Of a DNA stretch of 64,000 bases, positions 18,038 to 28,614 are shown piece after piece. The notes below the pieces were generated by a model. That model was given only the letters and a program-made list of their open reading frames with translations. It had not been told where the DNA came from and did not search any database. Numbering within the stretch: position 1 is the first letter of the stretch; every line of letters starts with the position of its first letter. The position numbers and the translations under genes are program-made. Location of the stretch: positions 62,001 to 126,000 of the forward strand of contig CAXBME010000018.1 in the NCBI GenBank assembly GCA_963976765.1, written 5' to 3'. This DNA comes from an uncultured Planctomycetaceae bacterium (GTDB lineage: Bacteria; Planctomycetota; Planctomycetia; Planctomycetales; Planctomycetaceae).

Positions 18038-19684
18038 ATGCCGTCTCGATATTTGATCAACACTCCCCATCTATCCAGCATTTTCGAGGATGATCGTCAC
18101 CTCGCGGAGTTAGCCAGTTCGCTGGCCGCTTTCCTGGAAAACCAACGCTGGTTCGCGGCCAAAACAGAAGGCATTCGGTCCGTCGAGATTCTCGACAGCG
18201 TCGAAATTCCGGGAGAAGACACCACGTTCGAGCTGGTTCTGGCCACAGTTCTTACCAACGGAGGATCGGCGGATTGTTACGCCGTGCCGATGACTTCTGC
18301 GCCGCCGAACGAAATTGGATCCATAAATGCAATCATCGCAGAGTTAGACAGCGACGAAGCATCCCCTGACGCATCGGCAAGGCTGGTTGAATGCAGCGGC
18401 AATCCAGAATTCTGGCGAGCGACCACGGCCACACTCGCCGACCGCACACTCACGACCAGGCACGGGCGTGAGGTCCGACTTTCCCGCACGTTGAATTCAC
18501 AACTTTGGTTGAGCGACGTGCTCCGCGACTCGGCCTTCACCATTCATGGCGGCGAACAAAGCAACTCGGCTGTCGCGATTGGTGACGACTTCTTCCTGAA
18601 ACTTTTCCGACGGCCACGAGTCGGGCATAACCCCGACGCCGAAGTCGGCACCTTTCTGACGGACCGAACCGAATTTCGCAACAGCCCGCGAATCGACGCC
18701 ACCATCAACATCGCCGGCCATGATGGCAACCGCTGCCTTGCCCTGATCTCTGAGCAGGTCTCCGCCGAAGCCGACGCGTGGACTTACACGCTCGCCAGTC
18801 TCAAGGATTACTGGGAACGACTGGCCGAGTTTGATGACCGGCCGGAGTCACTGCCGCAACTGGATTTACTGAAAAGTGAGATGGTCGAGGGCAGTCTCTC
18901 GAAAATCGAACACCTGGTCGCACCGCTCGTCGGGACGTTCAGGGATGACGTGGCCAACCTTGGACGCCGCACAGCCGAGATGCATGCGGCCCTTTCAAGC
19001 TGCCGGGACGATCCCGCGTTCGCTCCGGAACCGCTCACGCAGGAATCGCTGATCGAACTCGTCGCGCAGATTCGGACCGAAGTTCAATCAACCTGTGAAC
19101 TGCTTGAGCAGGCAGGTCCAATTGAAAAATCCGTTGCCTGCCTGCCGCAGAAAATTTCAATTCGAGCGAACACGCTGCTGGATGAGATCGCATCTTTAGA
19201 ACCGGTAAAGGCCAATGTTGTCAGTATTCGCTGCCACGGCGATTATCACCTGGGGCAAGTCCTGAGAACGGATTCCGACTTCATCATTCTGGACTTCGAA
19301 GGCGAACCGGATCGCCCGTTCGATGAACGCCGCCAGAAACGCTGTGCGATGAAAGACGTCGCTGGGATGATCCGGTCGTTGCACTACGCATCCTGCGGCG
19401 CGACGGTCGGCATGCTACCCAGCCCTGCCCCAACAATTTGCAATCCGAGTCAATGGCAGACGTTCTGGTACGAAAACGTGAGAGCAGCATTTCTGGCTGG
19501 CTACGAATCGAAAGCGACCGGGCAATCATTCCTGCCTGCCGACCGACCAACGTTCCAACAGCTTCTCGATTTATTCCTCATCGAAAAAGTGCTGTACGAA
19601 CTCCGCTACGAAATCAACAACCGTCCCGACTGGGTAAAGATTCCGCTCGCCGGACTGAACGCCGTGCTCGGCTTGAGCAAGTAG
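18038..19684 (+). CDS. Maltokinase / Pep2-like phosphotransferase
   Basis: QRWFAAK N-cap, GEQSNS, FLKLFRR, HGDYHLGQVL, DFEGEP, DVAGMIRS, EKVLYELRYEINNRPDW; start moved to the ATG at 18038. Confidence 0.85.
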   Translation: MPSRYLINTPHLSSIFEDDRHLAELASSLAAFLENQRWFAAKTEGIRSVEILDSVEIPGEDTTFELVLATVLTNGGSADCYAVPMTSAPPNEIGSINAIIAELDSDEASPDASARLVECSGNPEFWRATTATLADRTLTTRHGREVRLSRTLNSQLWLSDVLRDSAFTIHGGEQSNSAVAIGDDFFLKLFRRPRVGHNPDAEVGTFLTDRTEFRNSPRIDATINIAGHDGNRCLALISEQVSAEADAWTYTLASLKDYWERLAEFDDRPESLPQLDLLKSEMVEGSLSKIEHLVAPLVGTFRDDVANLGRRTAEMHAALSSCRDDPAFAPEPLTQESLIELVAQIRTEVQSTCELLEQAGPIEKSVACLPQKISIRANTLLDEIASLEPVKANVVSIRCHGDYHLGQVLRTDSDFIILDFEGEPDRPFDERRQKRCAMKDVAGMIRSLHYASCGATVGMLPSPAPTICNPSQWQTFWYENVRAAFLAGYESKATGQSFLPADRPTFQQLLDLFLIEKVLYELRYEINNRPDWVKIPLAGLNAVLGLSK

Positions 19685-19764
19685 GGGGCACTGACCACCA
19701 ACCGGAATGATCTGGCGGGCGATGCCCGCCCTGCCTTCTCGTCTCCCGAACGATGACGGGGACG

Positions 19765-21222
19765 CTACGTTGCGGCGGATGCTGCTTCGCCGCCACCGGA
19801 GGTGACTGCCGTTGCAATCAGCACGTAAATAATCGCCAGGACGATCTGCATCGCGGCGAATGGCAACGCCAGTTTGACGAAGTCCATGAAGCCGAGTTTC
19901 AACTGCTGACGGTGGATAATCGTTGCGGCAACGACGGTTGATGCCGAGCCAATCGGCGTGATGTTTCCACCGAGGTTCGCCCCCAGAATCACGCACCACC
20001 AGAACGGCGAATCTGACGGGGTTTTCAGTTGATCGAGAATCTGTGCGAGCATCGCAGCCAGCGGGATGTTATCTGTCACGGAACTGGCGACCGCCGCACT
20101 GCCCAGCAGAACAGCCGAATTCACATGCTCCGGCAAGGCCAGCAGCATCGCGATGCCGTCTCCCATTTTCTCCAGCACAAGTGCGTGCTCCATGACGTTG
20201 ATCACGGCGAACAACGCCGCAAAGAACGCCAGCAGATCCCAGTCAACGGACGAGTAGAACTTGTCGACTTCGTGCTTGTAGGCCAGCAGGACAATGCCGG
20301 CAAAGAACAACGCGACAAAGCCCATGCCGAGTCCATCCAGTCCGCCGGGGAGTTGCGATTGACCGGCGAGTGTGAAAATAAAGCACACCAGAACCGCCAC
20401 TGAAAACCAGAAGAACCGATGGCTCGGGACGCTTTCGTTCTCGTCGAACCCGGCAACCATTCGCTTCGCTTCATCTCGTTCTTCTTCGGATTTCAGGCCG
20501 GTGATTCCAAACTTGACTCGCGCCATCACCAGCGTCGCCGCCGTCGCAATCACGACATACGGCGCCGCGTAAAGAAAGAACGATACGAAGCTGATACCAG
20601 CAGTCTTTCCGACGATAATGTTCGGCACGCTGCTGATCAGTGTGAGCATGCCGCCCACGTTGGTCAGCAACCCTTCGACCAGTAAAAAGCCCAGCAGCAG
20701 TTCGGTTCGGTTGAGCTTTTTAAGCGACACCGTCGTTAGCGATCCGACGATAATCATTGCCGTCACGTTGTTCAGAACGGCTGAAAACAGCACAGTCAAA
20801 CAGCCATACGCGATCAGCAGTTTGAACGGATCGCCGCCGGACTTCTTCGTCAGCTTGATCGCCATCCAGGTAAAGACGCCGGACCGACTGGTCACTTCGA
20901 CAAAAAGGCTCGCGCCCAGAATGATCGTAATCACGCCCCAGTCGATCGCCGGAATGTAGACAGGCAACCCGATCTCGTGGCCGTTGGGCAGATGAACTTT
21001 TCCAAAGGGAATCAGGTCGAGCAGCGTCCCCAGAATCAGACACAGTCCGGCGTAAGCTCCAACGATGATCGACTTCTTCGCGTGGATCTTTTCTTCAAGA
21101 GCCAGCGAGGCAATCATCGCGGCAAGGATCAGTCCGAAGAGTGCCGTCACCCAACCCGGAACCTCGTGAGCGATATGCTCAACGGTTTCAGCCTGTTCGG
21201 CTGCCAGCAGCAGAAAACTCAT
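19765..21222 (-). CDS. ArsB/NhaD/SLC13 (IT superfamily) permease
   Basis: Many TM helices; SAVLNNVT, VPNIIVG, DNIPL, GANLGGNITPIGSAS; ATG at 21222 with AAGGA RBS. Confidence 0.85.
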   Translation of the reverse strand: MSFLLLAAEQAETVEHIAHEVPGWVTALFGLILAAMIASLALEEKIHAKKSIIVGAYAGLCLILGTLLDLIPFGKVHLPNGHEIGLPVYIPAIDWGVITIILGASLFVEVTSRSGVFTWMAIKLTKKSGGDPFKLLIAYGCLTVLFSAVLNNVTAMIIVGSLTTVSLKKLNRTELLLGFLLVEGLLTNVGGMLTLISSVPNIIVGKTAGISFVSFFLYAAPYVVIATAATLVMARVKFGITGLKSEEERDEAKRMVAGFDENESVPSHRFFWFSVAVLVCFIFTLAGQSQLPGGLDGLGMGFVALFFAGIVLLAYKHEVDKFYSSVDWDLLAFFAALFAVINVMEHALVLEKMGDGIAMLLALPEHVNSAVLLGSAAVASSVTDNIPLAAMLAQILDQLKTPSDSPFWWCVILGANLGGNITPIGSASTVVAATIIHRQQLKLGFMDFVKLALPFAAMQIVLAIIYVLIATAVTSGGGEAASAAT

Positions 21223-21308
21223 CCGTGAAATCCTTTCCGAATGTGACTTCGGATTCGCCGTCAACGCTTAACCAAAACTCAGCCCGTTTGTCGCGTCGGT
21301 ATACTTTG

Positions 21309-22160
21309 TCAAAGAAGCAGCATCGCCGTATCAATCAGCTCGACGCTCAACGAGTAAGCCAGCCCGTGCATGGCCAGCTGGTCGTCATCCCGCGTGTTTG
21401 TGACCAGTAGATCGATCTCGCCCGCCTTGATTAACTCGGTGTACTGCCTGAGAAAATGCCCGCGTGTCACTTTCTTTCTGCAGGTCAACGACGGTCGTGC
21501 GTCATTGAGTTCGACGACGCATGTGTCAATATAATTCTGAGCTTCTTTCAGCAACGTCGCCCCGATCAACTCGCGAGCCTGTTCAGTATCGATCTGCGGA
21601 ATTCGTTCAATCACTCGCATGTACCGTTCGAAAACCGAGTCATCCTCGACGTGGCACAGCCACAACGTTCCATCGTCCGGGCACATTCTCGATCCGTAAT
21701 TAATCAAGCCATTATCACCGGAAATATGGTCGGCCACGACCATTACACGATCACAGATTCCATCCGACAACGGAGCCGGATGAGCAGACGTGCCGGGCAG
21801 AACCAGCACGGGAATCGTCGTTCCCTGGCTGAGCACGTCCAGGTAGACGCCCAGGCTGTGCTGCGGAACCAGCGACGCTTCCTGAAGATGTCGGTACGTG
21901 ATAATCAGGTCAGTCTGTTGCTCGTCCAGCTTCGCCAGAAGCTCGCCGACGTTGGAGTACTGCTCGCTGGTGATCTCGCGCCAGCTGTTCACATTCCTGA
22001 GCAGCGGCAGGAACTCCTGAACTCCCTTGCGGCGACGTTCCGACTCTTCGGGGGACTGATCAGTGATAAAAACGACTGACTCGACCGGAATCTTCACATG
22101 CTGAAATGATTCACGCTCCGCGCGGCGGAACATGGATTCAAATTCGTCGATATGGTCCAT
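21309..22160 (-). CDS. Hypothetical protein, universal-stress-protein-like fold
   Basis: Two alpha/beta halves; C-terminal EIDLLVTNT...AMHGLAYSLSVELIDTAMLLL resembles Usp C-termini. Confidence 0.55.
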   Translation of the reverse strand: MDHIDEFESMFRRAERESFQHVKIPVESVVFITDQSPEESERRRKGVQEFLPLLRNVNSWREITSEQYSNVGELLAKLDEQQTDLIITYRHLQEASLVPQHSLGVYLDVLSQGTTIPVLVLPGTSAHPAPLSDGICDRVMVVADHISGDNGLINYGSRMCPDDGTLWLCHVEDDSVFERYMRVIERIPQIDTEQARELIGATLLKEAQNYIDTCVVELNDARPSLTCRKKVTRGHFLRQYTELIKAGEIDLLVTNTRDDDQLAMHGLAYSLSVELIDTAMLLL

Positions 22161-22347
22161 CACATCGTCCTTCTATGTTGTCAATCAGCCAGACGCTCGG
22201 CGGGCACGAGAAATCTCTCAGACCGAAGACTGAGCGGAGTCACTGCCAGAACCCACTACGACCGCGAGAAGTACCTCAACGCCGGGAAGTATAGTGGCGT
22301 GACTGGCTCGGTCGACCGCAATGTTCGGTGTCAGTATTCCTGAACTA

Positions 22348-23562
22348 CTATGCCGTTGCCAGTTTCATCGCAACCTGGCATGCCTGCAGGAAGCTGTCGA
22401 TGTTCAGCTTCTCATCAACCGTGTGGATGCCCTGCTGCCCGCAGCCCATCGTTACCGTTGGAATACCGTTGGCAGTCATCCAGTTGGCATCGAGGCCGCC
22501 GTTGGAAATCCGGCAGGCCGGGGTCATGCCAAGCGACTCCATCGCTGACTTCGCCGCCTGAACCGAAGGCTCGGTTGCATCCATTTTGAACGACTCGTAC
22601 TTGAGTGTCGCTTCAAAGTTCACAGAACCGCGTCGACCGGCTGAGTTTTTCAGCTCGCGAGCTGCTTTATTAAAAGCCTTCCGAAACTGGTCAACGATTT
22701 TCTGCCGAAACTTTGGATCGTGGCTGCGAGCTTCGGCGCGAACATGCACGCTCGGCATGACAACGTTCGTGGCGTCACCGCCGGAAATCACACCGATGTT
22801 ACTGGTTCCGAGATTGCGGCCTTTCTGAATCAGACCGTGCCAGCCGTCGCGAGTCAGGTCAGCAATCGCCAGCGACGCGATGGCCGCGGCATTGACACCG
22901 TCTTCCGGGTGAGCGCCTGCGTGACTGGCAATTCCGGTGATTTCAATTTCCATGTTGAAGTCGCCGGTGGCTCCGATAACGAGCATGTCGGGCGGGCCGC
23001 CGTCCCAGTTGAACGCCAGTTTCGGATTCCCAAGTTTCGCCGCGCTGGCGTACTTCGCACCGATCAGCCCGACTTCTTCCTGAACCGGCCACAGCAGCGT
23101 CAACGGTGGATGCGGCAACTTGCGTTGCAGGATCTCCAGCGCCGTCGTCAGCACAACGCACGCCCCAGCACGGTTGTCGCCGCCGAGAGCCGTCGTCGAA
23201 TCCTTTGGTCGAATCAGGTTTCCATCACGGACCGGACGGGCTCCCACGCAAAGCGGGACGGTATCAATATGCCCCATCAGGAGCCGACGAGGCCCTTTGA
23301 TCGTGCCCGGCAGTTTGACAATCAGGTTTCCGATCTGACCGCCGAGGTGACTTTTCTTATTCGCCGAATCCGTCGAGATGGCCGATTCCGGAACGCCAAC
23401 TTTTTTCAATTCGGTTGTGATGAAATCGGCAATGGCCCGTTCTTCGCCGCTCTTGCCGGGAATCGCCATCATCTTTGTGACGCGATCAACGGCGGCTTTT
23501 TCGTTGATCGAGACGCTGCCTGATGTCGAGGTGGAAGGGGCAGAGGATGCTCGTTTCGCCAT
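22348..23562 (-). CDS. M20 family metallopeptidase (peptidase T-like)
   Basis: GHIDTV, LGGDNRAG, QEEVGL, SHAGAHPEDG, GGLDAN, IHTVDE. Confidence 0.9.
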   Translation of the reverse strand: MAKRASSAPSTSTSGSVSINEKAAVDRVTKMMAIPGKSGEERAIADFITTELKKVGVPESAISTDSANKKSHLGGQIGNLIVKLPGTIKGPRRLLMGHIDTVPLCVGARPVRDGNLIRPKDSTTALGGDNRAGACVVLTTALEILQRKLPHPPLTLLWPVQEEVGLIGAKYASAAKLGNPKLAFNWDGGPPDMLVIGATGDFNMEIEITGIASHAGAHPEDGVNAAAIASLAIADLTRDGWHGLIQKGRNLGTSNIGVISGGDATNVVMPSVHVRAEARSHDPKFRQKIVDQFRKAFNKAARELKNSAGRRGSVNFEATLKYESFKMDATEPSVQAAKSAMESLGMTPACRISNGGLDANWMTANGIPTVTMGCGQQGIHTVDEKLNIDSFLQACQVAMKLATA

Positions 23563-23577
23563 GATAGCCAGACCTGA

Positions 23578-25032
23578 TCAATTCAGTTTTGATGTTTTGG
23601 AAAGAACGGTTTGAGAACTCAGCAGGTAGATCGGAACTCCCGCCGCCAACGGAATCAGCGCGAGCAGTGCAAGGTCTCCAGCATAAGCGATGCTGGAGTA
23701 GACCATGTAGATACAACTTGCCACAAACACAAGCGGCACGATCGGGTAGAGCGGTGTCCGAAACGGACGCTCGGCCAGTGGCAGACGGATGCGGAACACA
23801 AAGACGGAAAGTCCACTCAGCAGAAAAAATGACCAGAACACCGGAGCGGTCGCGGAGAGCAGCGTATTGAACCCGCCGTCATAACTTTCCCACGGTACGG
23901 CGTTGCGACCGACGGAGTTGAGAACTCGATCCACGCTGCTGCGACCGGTTTCTGTGCCGACGGCAACGATCAGCAGACCGGTCAGAAGTGCCTGTGCAAC
24001 GAGAGACCAGACCGGAGAACCCAGCTTCTGATTCCAACGGCCCAGCATGGCGAATGGTCGATGATCCCGGCCCAGCGCGGCGTACAGTCTTGATCCTGTA
24101 AAGATGGTCCCGTTGACCGCTCCCAAGGCTGACAGCATGACCAGAATCGCGACCAGTTGAACGCTCCAACCGCGGATCGTCGGGCTGAGAATTTCGGATT
24201 GAGAAATCACGTCGGTAGCCGGAGTCGACGAGTTACGGATTGCGGCGAATCCGAGACCTCGCAAGTACGCAAAATTCACCAGCAGATAGATCACAGCGAT
24301 GATGGTGATCCCAATGAGCAACGCTTTGGGGACATTGCGTTGAGAATTTCGCACTTCCGTCGAGACCATCGCGGCGTCGTTCCAGCCACCGTAGGCATAA
24401 AGCACCAGCACCATCGCGAGTCCAAAGCCACCGCCACCGGCTTTCAGTTCCGTCGTAAGCGGCTCGGTAGAATCTGCAAGCAGCCCAACGGTCAGCAGCA
24501 GCGTCAGACCGATCAGCTTGGAGACTGTCAGAACATTCTGAACGGTCTTGCCGGTCCTCACGCCGAGGATGTGCAGCATCGTCAACAGCGCGACCGCAAG
24601 AAGGGCAAGCCCGACTCCAGCCGACTCGTTCCATTTCAGAAGCACGATCGCGTAATCAGAGAAAACGTAAGCCATCGTCCCGATGCTGCCGCTGAAGACT
24701 CCGGTCAGTTGAGCCCAGCCAAAAAGAAACCCCAGCCACGGTCCGAACGCTCGAGTCAGATAAACGTACTCGCCTCCGCTTTTCTGGTGGAGTGTCGCCA
24801 GTTCGGCGTAGGTCAACGCGCCGCACAAGGCAACGACCGCTCCCAGCCCCCACGCCACGAGACCTTCCAGTGGCGATGAAACACTGCTGAAAATCAGAGC
24901 CGGGACTTTGAAGATCGAAACGCCAACCACAATACCGACAATGATGCTGACCGCATCCCACAGCGACAGCGATGGTGGCGGATCGTTGATTCCAGTGACT
25001 GGGTTGTGTGAATCGGCTACTGAGTCCGTCAT
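23578..25032 (-). CDS. APC family amino acid permease
   Basis: GIVVGVSIF, YAELAT, GGEYVYL, YAYGGWN, RPFRTPLYP. Confidence 0.9.
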   Translation of the reverse strand: MTDSVADSHNPVTGINDPPPSLSLWDAVSIIVGIVVGVSIFKVPALIFSSVSSPLEGLVAWGLGAVVALCGALTYAELATLHQKSGGEYVYLTRAFGPWLGFLFGWAQLTGVFSGSIGTMAYVFSDYAIVLLKWNESAGVGLALLAVALLTMLHILGVRTGKTVQNVLTVSKLIGLTLLLTVGLLADSTEPLTTELKAGGGGFGLAMVLVLYAYGGWNDAAMVSTEVRNSQRNVPKALLIGITIIAVIYLLVNFAYLRGLGFAAIRNSSTPATDVISQSEILSPTIRGWSVQLVAILVMLSALGAVNGTIFTGSRLYAALGRDHRPFAMLGRWNQKLGSPVWSLVAQALLTGLLIVAVGTETGRSSVDRVLNSVGRNAVPWESYDGGFNTLLSATAPVFWSFFLLSGLSVFVFRIRLPLAERPFRTPLYPIVPLVFVASCIYMVYSSIAYAGDLALLALIPLAAGVPIYLLSSQTVLSKTSKLN

Positions 25033-25116
25033 GAAGTCTGTCTTTGAGGCGAATTTGTCACGAGCAACAAGTAATCCGGTTCAGAAATCCGAACAGGGTT
25101 GAGTTCGTCAATTCCT

Positions 25117-25193
25117 GTGTGCCACTGGCTTTGCCAGTGCCTGCATTTGTCGATCAACGACGCTCCTAAGCACTGGTAGAGCCAGCGGCACAC
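25117..25193. repeat. Inverted pair of REP-like palindromes (REPIN-like)
   Basis: GTGTGCCACTGGCTTTGCCAGTGC (25117-25140) and inverted GCACTGGTAGAGCCAGCGGCACAC (25170-25193). Confidence 0.7.
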
Positions 25194-25231
25194 GATCTGA
25201 CCGGGACTTCTGAAACAGACAACAACTTTCG

Positions 25232-26299
25232 CTATCGACACTCTAATAAACGTTCCAACAGAACAATCGCTTCGATCATGTGTGAGTGCCTGCCGGTCAG
25301 CAGGTCGTCGCAAAAATCACGGACCAAATCCGGTTGCCATGATTCGGTTAAGTAGTCGACACGACTCTTCCCGTCGACCCGAGCCAGCATGCACGCCGCC
25401 AGATGTTCAATTGACTGCCGCTCGAATGTGGGATTTCGCCGCCCCACCGCGAGCCATTCCGGGGAGGGCACTACAGAAAGTTCGCCACGGTAAACACTCC
25501 AGAATCGCTTTGCCGGCGCGATCGCTTTGGACACTCGTTCGTGATGCCTCACCGTTTTGAGCAACAGATGGCTGAGAAAGAATCCGATGTCGAATCCCGG
25601 ATCGCCGTAGTGTCCAGTTTCAAAATCAACGATCACTGGCCCATTGCTCGTCAGCAGGACGTTCTTCGGACTGAAATCTGCCAGAACCAGACAATCCTGC
25701 CGCTGAGTTGTGCGTTTAATCAGCGAATTCAGCGGCGTGGCAAACTGCGGGCAGGTTTCAGCGACGTAACGATAAAACGGATCGAGACGCAGCTCGTCAA
25801 ATACCGTCTGGTCGCGCATTCGCTCCGCGATTTCCCCGTTGCCGGTCGAACCGCGATGAATCGCGGCGAGATGCCCGGCCAGCCTCTCAGCAATCGACGA
25901 ATCAAACACACCGTCCAGAAGGTCGGCCTTCCAGACTCGATGATCCGCGTCAATCGCTTCCATCGTGAAGAGATAATTGTCGCGATCTTCCGACAGAACT
26001 CGCGGAACTGCTCCGACTGGAAGCAGCGTCTGTAGAATCTGCAGAACATCGACTTCCCGCCAGATTCGGTCGAGCTGGCTGAACCAGTCGATCTTCGTTC
26101 GCAACTGCTCGCGCGACTGCTTCACCACAAAGCTTCGAACCGGCGTGTCGACTCGAATGACGATGTTCGAAACGCCCCACGCGAGTTCCGTCGCCGTCGA
26201 CTTTGAAAGTGCGCCGCCGCTCAATCCCAGAAGATCCCATTGAGACCGACCGACGTCACCGAAGTAGTCAAGTACGTTGGAAGCGTCGACTTCGAACAT
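25232..26299 (-). CDS. APH-fold phosphotransferase (methylthioribose kinase-like)
   Basis: GVSN, FVVKQ, WRE, LRLDPFY, ADFSPKNVL, VDFETGHYGDPGFD, LARVDGKS. Confidence 0.8.
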   Translation of the reverse strand: MFEVDASNVLDYFGDVGRSQWDLLGLSGGALSKSTATELAWGVSNIVIRVDTPVRSFVVKQSREQLRTKIDWFSQLDRIWREVDVLQILQTLLPVGAVPRVLSEDRDNYLFTMEAIDADHRVWKADLLDGVFDSSIAERLAGHLAAIHRGSTGNGEIAERMRDQTVFDELRLDPFYRYVAETCPQFATPLNSLIKRTTQRQDCLVLADFSPKNVLLTSNGPVIVDFETGHYGDPGFDIGFFLSHLLLKTVRHHERVSKAIAPAKRFWSVYRGELSVVPSPEWLAVGRRNPTFERQSIEHLAACMLARVDGKSRVDYLTESWQPDLVRDFCDDLLTGRHSHMIEAIVLLERLLECR

Positions 26300-26496
26300 G
26301 GGAACGGAAACTCAAGTTGTCGGGGACGAATGTGGGTACAGCAAAACTCAACCGGCAAAGTACCAGCCACGAGTGACCGCGTCATGCGTGTCTCAGCTTT
26401 GTCTCAAAACGAAGTTCCGTCTACAAACCACCCGGCGACCTCAATGCGCCGCAAACGTGGTCGTTTCCTGAGTTCTCTGTTCTTCTGGTGGGGCTG

Positions 26497-28338
26497 ATGG
26501 GGTATCGAAATCTGCGGGAGTGTGTGACGGATCTCGAACGGGCCGGGCAACTGGTCAGGATCGAAACGGAAGTCGATGCGCATCTCGAAGCGGCCGAGAT
26601 TCAGCGGCGAGTCTACGAAGCAGGCGGCCCGGCGTTGTTCTTTTCAAACGTCAAAGGCTGCCGATTTCCGATGGTCAGCAACCTGTTCGGCACTCGCGAA
26701 CGCGTCCACTTCATGTTTCGTGATACGATGGAAGCGGTACGTCGTCTGGTCGAACTGAAGGTGGATCCTCCGAGTTGTGCGAAGCGACCGTGGCGTTATC
26801 TGGGAGCACCGTTCACAGCACTCCACATGCTGCCGAAGAAGTCGCGGCGTGGAGCGATTCTGGAATGTGAGACAACGGTCGACCAGCTTCCTCAGTTGAA
26901 AAGTTGGCCGGACGACGGCGGAGCGTTCATCACGTTGCCGCAGGTTTACTCAGAGGATGTCGATCGTCCCGGCGTGATGAATTCGAACCTCGGCATGTAT
27001 CGAGTCCAGCTGGCCGGCAACGAGTACAAAACAAATCAGCAGATCGGGCTGCATTATCAGATCCACCGCAGCATCGGCGTGCATCATGCAAAGGCGATCG
27101 CGAAAGGCGAGCCGTTTCGAGTCAACATTTTTGTGGGTGGTTCACCGGCCATGACGCTGGCAGCGGTCATGCCATTGCCCGAAGGAATGTCTGAGCTGAC
27201 CTTCGCCGGAGCGTTGCAGAATCGCCGAGTCAAAATGGTCAAGCAATCGGGACGGCCCTCGATCTATGCCGAAGCCGACTTCTGCATCAGCGGCACCGTC
27301 GATCCCGAAAAGCTTCTGCCGGAAGGACCGTTCGGAGACCACCTTGGGTACTACAGCCTCGCGCATGACTTCCCCGTGCTGAATGTTGAGAAAGTCTACC
27401 ATCGTCGAGACGCGATCTGGCCGTTCACCGTCGTCGGCCGTCCGCCTCAGGAAGACACCGGCTTTGGCGACATCATTCACGAAATCACCGGGCCGATCAT
27501 TCCGACCGTCCTGCCAGGCGTCAAAGCCGTCCACGCCGTCGACGCGGCGGGCGTGCATCCGCTTCTGCTGGCGATCGGCAGCGAACGATACACTCCGTAC
27601 GACGGTCAGCGCCGACCTCAGGAAATCCTGACTCAGGCCAACGCGATTCTTGGGCAGGGACAGTTATCGCTGGCGAAGTATCTCCTGATCGTCGCTCACG
27701 AAGACCGACCGAATCTCGACATCGAGGACATCGAAGCCTTCCTGCGCCACTTGCTGGAACGAGTCGACTGGCAGCGTGATCTGCACTTTCAAACTCGCAC
27801 GACGATGGACACGCTCGACTACAGCGGCACCGGTGTGAATCAGGGTTCCAAAGTGGTGATCGCCGCCGCTGGCCCGGTTCGCCGCGAACTGCCAACTGAA
27901 ATTCCGCCCGACGTCACACTGCCGAACGGATTCAGAAATCCGCGAGTCTGCTTCCCTGGCGTGCTCGCGATCGAAGGTCCTGGCTATCCCCCCAATGATG
28001 CCGGCGCGGCCCCACACTGCGATCAGTTCGCCGAGCAGATTCCGGAATCTTCGCCGCTCAACAGATTCCCGCTGATCGTCGTTGTCGACGACAGCGATTT
28101 CACCGCGCGACAACTGAAGAATTTTCTCTGGACCGTTTTCACTCGATCAAACCCAGCCAGCGATATCTACGGCGTCGGTTCATTCACCGAACAGAAACAC
28201 TGGGGCTGCCAAGGCTCGCTCATTATCGACGCGAGAATCAAGCCACACCACGCCCCGCCGTTAATCGAAGATCTGGAAGTCACTCGCCGAGTCGATCAGC
28301 TCGCTGCTTCCGGCGGACCGTTGCATGGCATCCTCTAA
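26497..28338 (+). CDS. UbiD family decarboxylase
   Basis: GGPALFF, SNLFGT, DGGAFITLP, NLGMYR, EGPFGDHLGYYS, GRPPQED, TMDTLDYSG. Confidence 0.9.
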   Translation: MGYRNLRECVTDLERAGQLVRIETEVDAHLEAAEIQRRVYEAGGPALFFSNVKGCRFPMVSNLFGTRERVHFMFRDTMEAVRRLVELKVDPPSCAKRPWRYLGAPFTALHMLPKKSRRGAILECETTVDQLPQLKSWPDDGGAFITLPQVYSEDVDRPGVMNSNLGMYRVQLAGNEYKTNQQIGLHYQIHRSIGVHHAKAIAKGEPFRVNIFVGGSPAMTLAAVMPLPEGMSELTFAGALQNRRVKMVKQSGRPSIYAEADFCISGTVDPEKLLPEGPFGDHLGYYSLAHDFPVLNVEKVYHRRDAIWPFTVVGRPPQEDTGFGDIIHEITGPIIPTVLPGVKAVHAVDAAGVHPLLLAIGSERYTPYDGQRRPQEILTQANAILGQGQLSLAKYLLIVAHEDRPNLDIEDIEAFLRHLLERVDWQRDLHFQTRTTMDTLDYSGTGVNQGSKVVIAAAGPVRRELPTEIPPDVTLPNGFRNPRVCFPGVLAIEGPGYPPNDAGAAPHCDQFAEQIPESSPLNRFPLIVVVDDSDFTARQLKNFLWTVFTRSNPASDIYGVGSFTEQKHWGCQGSLIIDARIKPHHAPPLIEDLEVTRRVDQLAASGGPLHGIL

Positions 28339-28386
28339 TCCACGACTTCCCCGATGATCCACGACCTACCCGACTGTGAACCGTGC

Positions 28387-28614
28387 TCATCTTGGACGAG
28401 TCAGGTTCTTCTGGTCGGTCATGTACCAGGCACCGTTTTCCTGGTCGATCAGACCACAAAGTCCGGCAGCCGGAGCGTCGGCTCGGGTTAACTGTCGGTT
28501 TGAAATCAGCAGTTCGAGGAACCTGCTTGAATCGACCCGAACTTGCGCTAGTGTTTGAGGAAGCACCTGCGTCAGCCGCTTCCACCGTACCGGTCGCAGT
28601 TCGACTGTGGGCAT
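28387..28614 (-). CDS. Small hypothetical protein (75 aa)
   Basis: AGGAG RBS upstream of the ATG; protein-like composition; occupies an otherwise empty gap. Confidence 0.55.
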   Translation of the reverse strand: MPTVELRPVRWKRLTQVLPQTLAQVRVDSSRFLELLISNRQLTRADAPAAGLCGLIDQENGAWYMTDQKNLTRPR

